From positions 1-47,640 of the forward strand of contig JAPETS010000078.1 of the NCBI GenBank assembly GCA_026023565.1: a DNA stretch of 47,640 nucleotides, written 5' to 3'. Positions 1 through 11,448 of this stretch are shown piece by piece. Both the position numbers and the translations under genes were made by a program. Position 1 is the stretch's first letter. Each line of letters opens with the position of its first letter. Source of the stretch: Cirrosporium novae-zelandiae. Its lineage: Eukaryota. The notes beneath the pieces are model-generated. The model was given only the letters and a program-made list of their open reading frames with translations, searched no databases and was not told the DNA's origin.

Positions 1-127
1 CCGCAAACAGGCAGATAGTAATTGACGAACCAGTTAAAGGATGCTGGTACCAGGAACAGGAAGATATGCCAGGGTTTTTTCCTAGGGTCTTCAGGTTGCG
101 TGATATTGTTAGTTAGTTTTTTTTTTT
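1..127. repeat. Terminal direct repeat, left copy (identical to 47514-47640)
   Basis: Read directly: ccgcaaacaggcagatag...gttagttag(T)11 occurs at both window ends, 127 bp long. Confidence 0.97.
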
Positions 128-2745
128 ATTCTATCACGATTGATCTCACCTGTGTACTCGTAGTCAAAGAAGGCTGAGGTCGCCGCTGTGGTGGTGGTCT
201 CCTTCAGTCCTTCAGCTATTTGTGCCCATTCCCTGTATTCAGCTAGTCGTGCCAAGTGCTTGGAAGAAAAGGGTGTCTTGCTCAATTTGGCACTACGATT
301 CCGACTTTTGAACATCGGTGATTACAGATTTGGCCTTTCGGGACAGATTGGGAATTTGATTGGACCAGTTAAGGGTTGACAACGATGATCGTTACTCAAT
401 TTCGACTTGGGGTCATTTCCAGGGTTGTTGAGCACAGAGCATGTGACCCTCAATCGACGTCTTCACCCTATGACAAGGCATAAAGATACAGGGGATATGG
501 GAAAATGAAGCACTTAGAAAAGGTGGAAAGGTGGAAAGGGCCTTTCAAGTCTCACCTCACCGTACCTTTACCGTCCTGGGTCTTGCTACTTTGCCTACTT
601 TTTGCTACACCAAACAAAAAAGAAAAAATGTCACCTCTTGTGTTAGTCAACTGATGTGAAATTGGTACTGGCTCGTGCACGTAAAACGGGAGGGAGAGGC
701 ACAGGTACCGCAGCCGTCGAATGCTCGACGAAGACAATTCATCAACTCCAAAGCCATCCATGCATTTATGCTCCCAAGCCTTTTGATGCTCTTTCCATTT
801 CTGTTCTACAAAAGATCGCAAAAGGATATCAAGGAAGCCACCAAGTACCGTATTCAGCCAGACGCTCAAGCTCTACCTTAACAGAGCTTGGGGACTCCCC
901 TGCCGAATGATTATCCTTGTAAATTCTAAGGTTATTATCGGCGAATTACTTTTATCTATGCGCTACTCATTTTCGCCTACTGGTAGATTGACTTAGCGTA
1001 CATTTTTTGGTGTGTTTGGGTTTGAAGTTTGAAGACTCAAAAATGAGTAGAAGCGGAGAGGGAAGGGGGGGGTAAGAGGGAGGTGTGAGACAAGCTCAAA
1101 GGAAACGGCAGGGATATGACAGGTTGTTTAGTTGAATTAGACAAGGATGAAAGCTGTTGGGTAAGGTGTAATGTGTTTTTTTTTTTTCCTCTCTTCTTCT
1201 CTCAGACTAGGGCGTAGAACTTTTGGCCCAAGGCTTCAAAAGAAGTTAACCTAATTATAACTAGACCAATATGGTTAGAATGAATGAATGAAAGAAAGGA
1301 AGAAAGGAGGAGAGTGTCCCTCATTCAAGAGTAGAAGCTAAGGAGGACTTAGGTACCGTGACTACTAAAAGTTGTTCTGGCTAAAGGGCTCCTTAAGCAC
1401 CAGACAAAGTTCAAGTGGCTTTCAGCCACCATCTGGGTAATTTGTTACTAAAAGTTGCTAAAAATGATGCTAAGGGACTCGGCTGACGTAGATGGTGCCA
1501 GACGATGCAGAACACTGCAGATGCTCCACTATGCGCCGTTTGGATTTTTGACGAAAGAAAGTCCCTTTCAAGTGTAGAAATTGGAGTCGATGCTTCTTCT
1601 TCCCTAGGAGAAGGCGTTGAACTTGCACTTCCCTGCATAGTTCCATCACCACCTTCGAAATCCATCACGCTTGGTCCAGTGGTTTACCAAGCAGAGCAAG
1701 TGGTCCCCCCCCCCCAGAGTTCCCACCGTCAACGGCCAACTTCCTCTATTTCTTGAAATATCCACACCACTAATTTTCATAGATGCACACCATTAAATTA
1801 CTCGAGGATGACCCGAAAGAACCCCTAACTTAACCCCTCCTAAATTCAAGTAAATCACAGCTTACAGCGTCAGAGAAGGAGAGGAAAAAGAAGAAAATAG
1901 CTACGCAGTGGCCACAGAGAGTGCAAACACACGCAACCCAAGTGATACTTAGGATGCTTAGGATGATGTAGTTAGTTGCTTCCCACAATCACTGGGAATC
2001 AATCGAATCAACCCCCCCCCCCCAATCCAATCCCAATCCCCCATCTTAATTTACCCATTTCTCAAGAGCCTGTCCTTCACCGGCCTGTACCTGGTAAAAT
2101 CTATTCGTATTGGACTTAATCCAAACAAAAGAGATTCCTTCTGTTTTTTTTTTCAAAAAAAAAATACCTATTAAAACTGTATCATCATAATAATATTATG
2201 TGTGGTGTGGACGTGCCTTTTGGACTAACTAATTCCTTCCTACCCTAACTTTTTTTTTCTCATTGTTCTTGCTTGTTGCCATCATCATTGCCCTTGACCC
2301 TTTTTTTCCCTCTCTCATTCTCTGCCCTTTTTTTTGAATCCAACCTAACAAATCTAACCACACTTATTAGTTGGTTCTCCAATGGTACTGGAGCATTTTT
2401 CTGAACAACTCCACTCCGCCGACGTAGTAGTAGTGGCCATAGACCATAAGTGACCATACACATAACTACTCCATACTCTAGCTCTCTCCCAAGTTGCAGT
2501 CGCTACTTAGCAACTTTAGAAGTTGCAGAACAAGCCTTCGGCTTTACAGCAAGCGTACGGCCCGTTGATTTATCAAGTCCCTATTCCCCACATCACAGTT
2601 ACGCTGATCTCACTCATGCCCGTCCTGGCTCTTTTAGTCTCTAGTCACTGGCTCCATTATCCATTATTCCGTATTCTAGTATGAAAGTATCCTTTTTTTT
2701 TGATACTTGAATACAGAATTACAGAAAATACAAGCAAATCTTAGA

Positions 2746-2751
2746 TATAAA
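2746..2751 (+). promoter_or_regulatory. Candidate TATA box for flbC-like gene
   Basis: TATAAA followed by a C/T-rich, ATG-free stretch leading to the CDS about 630 bp downstream. Role is inferred only. Confidence 0.3.
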
Positions 2752-3364
2752 CCCGTCACTGAACAAGCTTAACATACACCACCACCCCTCTTACTCGTAC
2801 TCCCCTCATTTGATTGATCGCCACCAACCTCATCAACCTAGGCACACCTTGAATTGACATAACCCGTGTTGTCCGATATCTTTGGCGCATTCCCCATCGT
2901 CAATTGACCTTGTTGTCCTACTTTACTCCATCTTCATACAACTGTGCTCTTTATTCAACAATTTACTCAACTCTTAACCCTCTGACAACCCCCAAAACTC
3001 CCCAACCTCGAAATCTTTCATCACAAACCTTTAAACTCTGCTTTGATCAACTTCTGGCTTCACTTTTCTTGTCTCCACCCATTTCAACCTGTGCCGGTGC
3101 ATTCCTGTACTAGCTCACCCACTTCAACAACCAGACGAGAACTACTACTTCAAGTCAAGATCTGCACTCCTAAACTACTCCCCTTCGGCCGCATCAGCTT
3201 CTCAACTTCAAGCTTGTGAACTGAAACCGTAGTACATAGAAGTGTCGATCCCACCTATCTATTTGGGCCATCAACACCTTGTCCTCATATCATTTTTATC
3301 CCAACCTGCATTAATAAAAACCAAAGAACCTATTTCAAGACATTGGGTGTTCTGTGAACCTTCG

Positions 3365-3382
3365 ATGAATCCTTCGACATGA
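3365..3382 (+). promoter_or_regulatory. 5-codon upstream ORF (MNPST*) overlapping the flbC start codon
   Basis: ATG AAT CCT TCG ACA TGA; its TGA (3380-3382) overlaps the main ATG (3379-3381). Confidence 0.55.
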
Positions 3383-4600
3383 CGATGGTAGCCGAAAATC
3401 AGCAACGTCAATTTGACGGCCTTTCATACGATCCTATGTCTTATCATACCAGACCTCACTTTAACGATCCATGGACTCCTTCAAACCCCGGGAACACTGC
3501 GTCGCAAATGTATCAACCTTCATTGAATTCGAATCTGAACCTTCAGTCATCTGGCGCAAAGCCATCAACCGTGTCGATGCCATATTCGACCATTCCTGTG
3601 ACGGCGCCCTCGATTTCAACCGGGGCCAATTATCCCAATAGCATCTACACTGGATCAGAGATGCTGAACATGTCTCAGGATCTTTTAAGCCCAAGTCGGG
3701 CTTCATATGGCACCGATCACAGCTACTCTTCAACATCCCCATCTCCAAGTTCATATGTGCCCACTCAATCGCCTTTTGCGTCTGTCGCATATTCGCAGAC
3801 TCTACAGCAACAACAAGCACAGCAACAGCAGCAGCAGCATCATCATCAAACCCAGCAGGAGATGGATAGGCATACTACTCAGCCATCTCTTTCGTCATCA
3901 TATTTGTCCGTTCCTGATGACCCATTAAGACGACCGACCTCGATTGTTGACATTGACAGCAGAAGCACAACTTCCTCGCATCATTCCCACCCTTCATTTG
4001 ACGATGCTCTTGATGCAGGTCGTGGTATGGTTGCTATGAGCCAGACGGATCTTACGCCAAGAAATATCTACGGAACCAGGTCGCAGCGAGGGTCTGCAGA
4101 TTCTTACGGGTTTCCATCAACCGCATCCACACATTCAACAGCGTCCTCAGTGTCCTCAGCAAATTATCCCTATTTTGCCCCTGGTTCGGTCGATTCCTCC
4201 GCAACAGATTATAGCTCGGCATCCGAAGCTTATGAACCTCTAGCGTCTCGTACTCTACCTCGTCCTACGTCTGTCATGGGTTCTGGCCTTCCACCTGCAC
4301 CTCAGTCAATGATGGGTCAGTTCAACTCAAAAGTGGCGCCAAATGCGCAAAAGAAGCATAAATGCAAAGTATGCGAGAAGCGTTTTACAAGGCCCAGTTC
4401 CCTTCAAACGCACATCTACAGTCACACTGGTGAAAAACGTATGTTTGTGATTCTTGAAATTTTCCGTGCATTTTTAATAATTGTTTTTAGCATTTGCGTG
4501 TGATGTTGAAGGGTGTGGCCGACATTTCTCGGTCGTGTCAAATCTTCGAAGACACAAAAAGGTCCACAGAAGTGAAAATGACCACAGCTCTCCTGAATGA
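3379..4600 (+). CDS. flbC: FlbC-type C2H2 zinc-finger developmental transcription factor (~389 aa; exons 3379-4438, 4491-4600)
   Basis: N-terminus MTMVAENQ and the block PPAPQSMMGQF...KKHKCKVCEKRFTRPSSLQTHIYSHTGEK. Removing GT-AG intron 4439-4490 restores finger 2 (PFACDVEGCGRHFSVVSNLRRHKKVH). Matches FlbC orthologues as I recall them. Confidence 0.88.
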
Positions 4601-6199
4601 GTGTTTCCACAGTTGTCAGGCCATTCTTGGATGCGATAATGAAACTTTTTCCGAGCCATTACGACTTGACCTAATTCATCCATCCGAGGGGCATTGGTCA
4701 AGCTTTCCGCCTTCGGAATACCCCCGCAATGGCGCTCTTGGCCCGATTTTGATGAATTTATGACCAAAGTGACCTGTTCTTCTAATATTGCTCCAAGATG
4801 GGGCTTTTCGGTTTATTTTTCTTGCTATGCTTGCACCCTGTATACTATTTTCGCACCATAGACGCGTATGTGTTTTTTATTTTTTCGAGGAAGTTCACTT
4901 CTTAGACGGTCGCTACATTTGGGGATATGTTTTGATGTATTGTGTTTGAGATACCACCACCTGCTTGTTCTTGCTTTGGTTTGGGGGACGTGTACGCTTT
5001 ATTCTCATTACCAACTTTACCAGGCGTTTTAGGGATATGGGCCAAAGGAATCGGCACGGGCAAGGGCCGCCAAAATCGTCGAACCGGGGATGGCGGAAAG
5101 CCGCAAAGGCAGGGCAAGATTGCCCGTTTATCTATGTATGGCAAAGCGATGTTGGATCAGAGATGCGCTTTGTCTCATCAAAAGCAGCTGGGGTTTTTGT
5201 GACATTCGTCTATGATGCTTGTAATTCGGTCGCTACCTATACCCTAATATTCATCTTTTATGCTATATTTTTGCCCCTGATATTTTGGACCACGATGGTG
5301 TCTCCGACGAGCTCGTATCCGGGAGAGAAAGAGGGGGGCAGGTGGGTTTGGTCTGGACTTGAGGGCCAGAACGTGGATATTTACACTACAGAATGGTGGG
5401 GGCTACATCGGGTATTCTGTCCGTTATTGCCGTTTAATACCCGTCCAGCTGAAATAGATCATTTGGATGAAATCCTGAAGGAGATTATATCGCTGGAAAG
5501 CAACCTCTTAGCCAGACCTGACCTGGTCGGCCTGTTTTGTTTATTGACCGTGCCTACATAACACCCCACTGGCAAGGCACACACCGACACTGGCATCGGC
5601 ACCGACATCTGAGCTAAATTGTATACATGACACAGCGCACACATTATTACGGATGTGTCTTGCAATTCATCATCATCAACATCAACACCTCCAAATCATT
5701 TTTGTCTGCATAGAAGAAAGAGATTGATTTCCACGTTTTGGCTGGAAATAAAGTCGAAACTAACTCGGCAACACCACTTGAGATTAGTGAAGTGATCTTA
5801 GAGTGGTCTTTGCTATCTATCCATATATTAAACCGCAGACTGAGATAGATAGCTAATTACAGGGTCCATAGCTAAATATTATCAATTACCATCAACCATT
5901 CGATCATATCACGTAAATTCCAACTCTATAATTAACTAAACTAGCACAAGCAAAGTAACATTATTTTGTATACAAAAATATACTAACAAAAACGCTCCAT
6001 TACCACCACCCCCTCCAAAAAAAAGCGCTCTTGACCGGACTGGAATGAGATGGTGGCTTTTTTTTGCTTGCCTTACCTTGATCTTACCTCAAGGAACATA
6101 ACAGTTAACTAAGATAGATACACGGGACCCACGACGCCCCGCCCCTTTGGTCACGCACATTGCATATAGTTTTGATTCAGGTTATTCTTGCTTGCTTGC

Positions 6200-7720
6200 C
6201 GCCGTTGGAAGATATATATGTACTGTACATGTACATAAATACCCAAATCATAGCAACACATCTATCTATACGTACGTATGCACACATGCATGTGTGCATA
6301 CATAAAAACCGGAATCTAAAACCGTAGATAAAAGCACGGATCATTTAGACTTACTGCCCCAAATGCAAATGCAAATGCAATGCATGCATGGGAAATGAAT
6401 GAAACAAAAGAAACCTGCGTTTAGGATCTTATACATACCTAGGTACATACCATACCATACATGCCATACATACCATACATAGAACACGATTAATTAAGTA
6501 ATGAAAAGTAACACATGCAATTGATAACTGAAACTACTACTAACTACTGTAACATAATTTTTTTTTCAAGAACCAAAGAAACTAAGAAAAGAAAAGATAT
6601 ATATATTAAATTAAAAAAAAAGTTGGAAGTGGATCTTATTATTGGGTGCGTTCGGGGAAGAGGACTGAGGGGGGGGCATTTTAATATAATTACAGTACAT
6701 GTACATTAGTTATGTTATGGAGAGGAAGTGAAGGAGGTCCGGGCTCTGTTATGTTAACCGAAGTAATTTATGTTTTCGTTTTCGTTTTCGTTTCGTCTAT
6801 TGCCGAGAGAGAGGTGAAGGGAAATATAAAATATTTAAGTTCTAGTCTATGGGTTGAATTGGATTGAAAGGGAGTTAGATGAGAGAATATTAAATAAAAT
6901 AAACAAGCAAAATATCTATCTCATCTACATCTACATGATGAGCAAATATAAAAAAAATAAATAAACATCTAGTTATAGGTTATACTTGATAGTCTAATGA
7001 ATTAGATTAGATTACGTGGATATCTATCTACATTGTATGCATATGTTTGTTAATTAAAGGCCTACTCAAGTAGCCAACTGGGATTTATATAAAATGGTGT
7101 TTTTAATTAATTGGTTGGTTGATCGAGGGGTAACTAATCCTTTTCATCTGCTCTCTTTTCTTTTTTGATAATAAAATATCTTCCTCTTCTGAAAAAAAAA
7201 GAGAAGACGAAGAAGAGGTATATAGGAAAGGAAATATAACAAAGAAGGGCTGGATGAAGGATAGGATATATTAACTTTACTTCCAAGTCCATATTCTTTT
7301 GCTGTTTTTAATCCTCTTCTATCTCCCCTAATTAAAGCTGTTTTCTTCTTCTTCTACTTTCTTTCTTTGGGTCCATACATAACATACATACATACCTTAC
7401 ATTACCTTACATTACATATACAAACACAAATCCCCCCCTCAAAAAAAACTCAATAAATGATTGGTTGGTTACACAACCAAATCCGTTATCCTATCCAATC
7501 CAATCCAATTCATCAAATCTATCCACACAACATAATCTGGGCGAAATGCAAAAACCGTAGATTGCAGATATGCAGATTTGCAAGATGCCGTTTACGATGC
7601 GATGCGATGCGAATAGGATGAGCAAAATGCGGGATTACATCTGTGGCTTTTGCTGGCTGGCTCGCGCACAACAACAATAACAACAACGCACTCACTCACT
7701 CTCTCTCTTCTCTACTCCAC
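6200..7720. repeat. AT-rich intergenic region dense in short simple repeats (CATAC, TTTCG, ATCT, CCAAT, GATGC, ACATTACCTT)
   Basis: Several short tandem arrays visible; no credible coding sequence. Boundaries approximate. Confidence 0.7.
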
Positions 7721-8082
7721 TCTCCACTCTACTTTTTACATTTACATTATTCCATGTACCCTTCTTAACCTTTTTAGTGGTTGGTTGGCGGGGGGCGTTA
7801 AGCGATAAGGAACGAAAGAATGAGGCGCGCCCGGTTTTTTTTGGGACCGGGGAGGTGTTTGGTAGTGATGATGATGATGGGTTATGGATAGATTGATAGA
7901 TAGGTAGATAGGTTAGATAGATGACGGGGGAGGCCCTATCTATGGGTTTAGTGAGGCTTGGATCCCATCTCCCCCCTCTCCTTCCCTCCACTCCCCTCTT
8001 TGGTATCTTCTTGGTGTCTTGGTTAGGGGAATAAACAACAAATAGGAAGGGAAGACGAAGATGGAGAAATATGGTTCTACCC

Positions 8083-8106
8083 GGGGGGGGGGGGGGGGGG
8101 GGGGGT

Positions 8107-8148
<42 letters not shown>
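8083..8148 (+). repeat. G homopolymer tract (G23-T-G42)
   Basis: Read directly; lies just downstream of the last clear KRE33 splice donor (minus strand, 8232). Confidence 0.95.
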
Positions 8149-8149
<1 letters not shown>

Positions 8150-8232
8150 AGTAGTAGGAGTAGTAGAAGAAGAAGAGGGATAAAAGACAATGGGAGTTGG
8201 GGGGATGCTTGAGGTATTTAGGGGGAACTCAC

Positions 8233-11200
8233 TGGTCTAGAGGCAGTGCATCAATAAGCGCCTTCTGTTTTTCTCTTAGCTCTTTATCGATTTCCTTCCC
8301 CCCTTCCTTGAGTTCATCCTCCATGTTTTGCTCCAAGGGCTGAAAGTTCATTTGCCCTTGTTTCTTTTCATCACTCTCATCGTTCATTATTTCATCTTGG
8401 TCGTTACTTATTCGTCCCGCATCTTCTGAGGGTAGTGATTCGGCCACCGCAGTTGCAACCACAGAATCAAGATACATCGAAATCTTCCTCACGGTTTTGG
8501 TAAAAATGGCAAGGAGCTGACTAATAGGGGTATTAAGCTCCTTCGCTACGTCCTCAAGGTTCTTTCTTTGTGGTCCAACAGACACCAGAATCGCCTGCTG
8601 TAGTGGGCTCAACTTCACCCCCTCCCCAAGCCTCGATGAGAAATACAAGTCTGCAATTGTGGGAACCATATCTAGAATAACGTGGTAATCGAGCATATTT
8701 TCGGCACAAGATTGTAGACGTTTGAGGTCAAAAGGTGAAAATAAGGTGTCTAGTTCATTCTTTGTTAGGGATGAAGTGGTATTTGTTGTGTCGGCTCTTG
8801 ATGCCGATTCCGCAATGCTGAGGGAGAGAGAAGGTGGGAAAGCTCGGAATTGATAAGATAGCAGAGAGAAGAAGCGCTTTCGGAAGTCGTGGGCAAAGAG
8901 ACCAACAAGGGAGGCTGTGTTGGCTGAACTAGAGGGAGTAGAGAGATTTCGCAACATGACGCAAGAATGCTCGCCCGTAAGTTCGTTAGGGGTCTGTCGA
9001 AGATAGACAGGCGCAAAAGTGGCCCGCTTCCAGAATCTGTGAAGCGGCTGCGTGAGTCCAAAACTAACTCCTATGTAATCTAACCCGGGAGGTCTTCGTT
9101 CGGAGAGTCGTGAGAAGAGAGGCGGCATAGTTTCAATGTCGCGGACTTTGATATTATCATCTTGGAGGTTTGAGTTCTCGATTTCGGCATCTGTGACGCG
9201 GACCATTTCATCCGAATCCAGTAGTTCATTTTCCGAGAGGTTTGCGAATTTGCCCTCATAGAAATCGGTTAGGAGCTGTAGTGAACGAGATCCGTAGCCC
9301 ATCCCCATATAGTCGGGATTTGTCGCAATGCGTACTACTCTCGCTCCTGAAAGTTCGGCAAACTCTGCATCTTGAAACTGTTGACTTACAAGCCAGGGGA
9401 TCAAGTCACCAGCAAGTCGTTGTCCGCGGCTTAGACTCTCCAGAACGCTCTCCCTTTTGATTTGACCTTCGAGGGCAACTTGGAGGACGCAAAGAGGTTC
9501 TGGGAGGCCTTTATCATTTTCTGGGTCTAAAGGTGGGACGAGGACGAATAACTCATGGGCGGGGGCATCGCTCATGAGTTGGAGGTCATTAGGAGAGTTC
9601 TTGTAATGACTTGCTACATAGAGGGCCATCATTTGTTGGAGGAACTTCTCTGAAACAGGGTGGCCAGAGAATAAAGTGTCTCTATTGACGTATAGTAATT
9701 CGCATCGGGAGGGATGAGGTGTACCTTGAGTGTTTGCTTTCGGTTTTGGTAATGTAGCATCCAAGCATAGAAGCTTGTTGAGCCACTTCTCGACTGTATC
9801 TCCTTGAGCATATCGAATCGGTTCCGATAGTGTAATTTCTCGTAGGCTGCGGCCTCCACCTGAGACTTCTACACTTTTAGGTGCTTTACCGGTTGATCTG
9901 CTTTTCAGATCTATCTCTTGAGTCTTAGATACCCTCCCACTACCTCTTGACTGCTCACGAAGTTGCTGGATTAGCTTCAAGGAGAGCGACCTTCCCGTTC
10001 CCTCGTAGCCATTAACAGTAGAGGCCATAAAAACCAGATAGGGTCCCATTAACTTCTGCACTAAGGGTAAGGGAATTGCAGCAGCTTCATCAATAACGAG
10101 TAGCTCTGCTTGACCTAAAGCATAAGCATCTTGAGGCTGGATGTATTGAATAGTTTGACGATGCTGACGATGCACATTCACCCGCACGATTGCCTTGTTG
10201 AAATCTGGATTAGTCGATTGAAGAATAGTATAGTCAACATGGTCCATATAATCCAGGGTATCAAACCCTTTAAACACGAATTCAAAGAGGGTCTTGAGAT
10301 TTTCTGGGCTTGGTGAAGTAATGAATATATTGCTATATCCATGAGCTATGGCAGCCGCAATTGCGACACCTAAAGCAGCAGATTTGCCTCGTCCTCGACC
10401 TGCTGTCAAGGTCACTGTACTCCGAAGAGTCTTTTCTGCAATGGCTTCCACAAAGGTGAGAAGAGCTTTTGCCTGATCAACAGTTTTGGCCAGCTTTACG
10501 AGCGAGCCTACTGGCTCAGATTCCGCAATAGATTCTTTCACTCCTTCTAGTTCCCTTTTTGCAGGAGTGTCGTCCTGGCTTTCGGAGGATGCAGGTGGTA
10601 ATGCTCGAACATTCCTACCCCCAGAGATTGGTAGCACGTTCAACTCATCATCAACTACCAAACATGATTCACAGCTGCCAAGAGATAATATAAACCGCTC
10701 ATTAAACCGTGGCACCACATCTTGGTGGGCTTCAGTACGATACCGAGAGTGAACATCCATAGACATAGTGTATAGTTGTTTCAAACTTTTCATGCCTTTG
10801 AGGAGAAGAACCACCAAGCCACCCCCTTCAACTGTTTCAATTGTTCGTGCTAGGAGATTTGGGGTGATGGCTTCGAAATCTTGCAATATGCACATTCCAA
10901 ATGTATTCCCCAGAATTTTATCTGTCTCCCTGTAGTATACATAGCGAATCTGATTTAAGGTCACGAAAAGCTCAAACGGGTCTTCGCTATTGGCTTCACG
11001 AATGCCCCTTTTAATTTCTTTCTTGATTTTTGCCTCTCTCTTTCCCCTATGACTATTGTAGAGAAAACTTTCAGTATACTCCTTGACTACCCATTTTAGA
11101 GCACGAGGGGGGAGATATATACCTTGTGAAACCTAGCAATTCTTTCTTGTATGCCCAGAGTACTGATTTATTTTGCTTAATATTTACACTGGACATAATA

Positions 11201-11448
11201 TAATGCAACTGTACAATGACTTCTTTCGGCCGATCCCCAACAATCACAATGAAGCTTCGTTTTTTCTCCTGTATATTTCATATCCTGTAAGCATAGTGTT
11301 CCCTGACATGCCTAATTCAAGGACGGAACTTGCCTGGATGCCATTGCTAATGAGATCGCGAATGCGCGGGTCGCTACAATGAAAGGTCAATATCCATCTC
11401 TTAGGCAGGAAAGAATGCGCTCAACACATACAGCACCTTCCGCGGCAT
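8233..11448 (-). CDS. KRE33: RNA cytidine acetyltransferase KRE33/NAT10 (exons 11448-11432, 11373-11334, 11268-11123, 11052-8233; terminal exon uncertain)
   Basis: Spliced N-terminus MPRKVLDPRIRDLISNGIQEKKRSFIVIVG; helicase Walker A AGRGRGKS and DEAAAIP; YVASHYKNSPNDLQLMSDAPAH; GNAT motif RIATNPDYMGMGYGSR. About 1007 codons precede a GTGAGT donor at 8232. Confidence 0.95.

Noticed and set aside
1..127. Terminal repeat as retrotransposon LTR, phage DTR or plasmid end
   Set aside because: Length equals a common assembler k-mer, there are no TG...CA ends, and no gag/pol, viral or replication genes lie inside.
4965..5561. 198-aa ORF downstream of flbC
   Set aside because: Non-ATG start, no recognisable domain, and located in the probable 3' UTR or flank.
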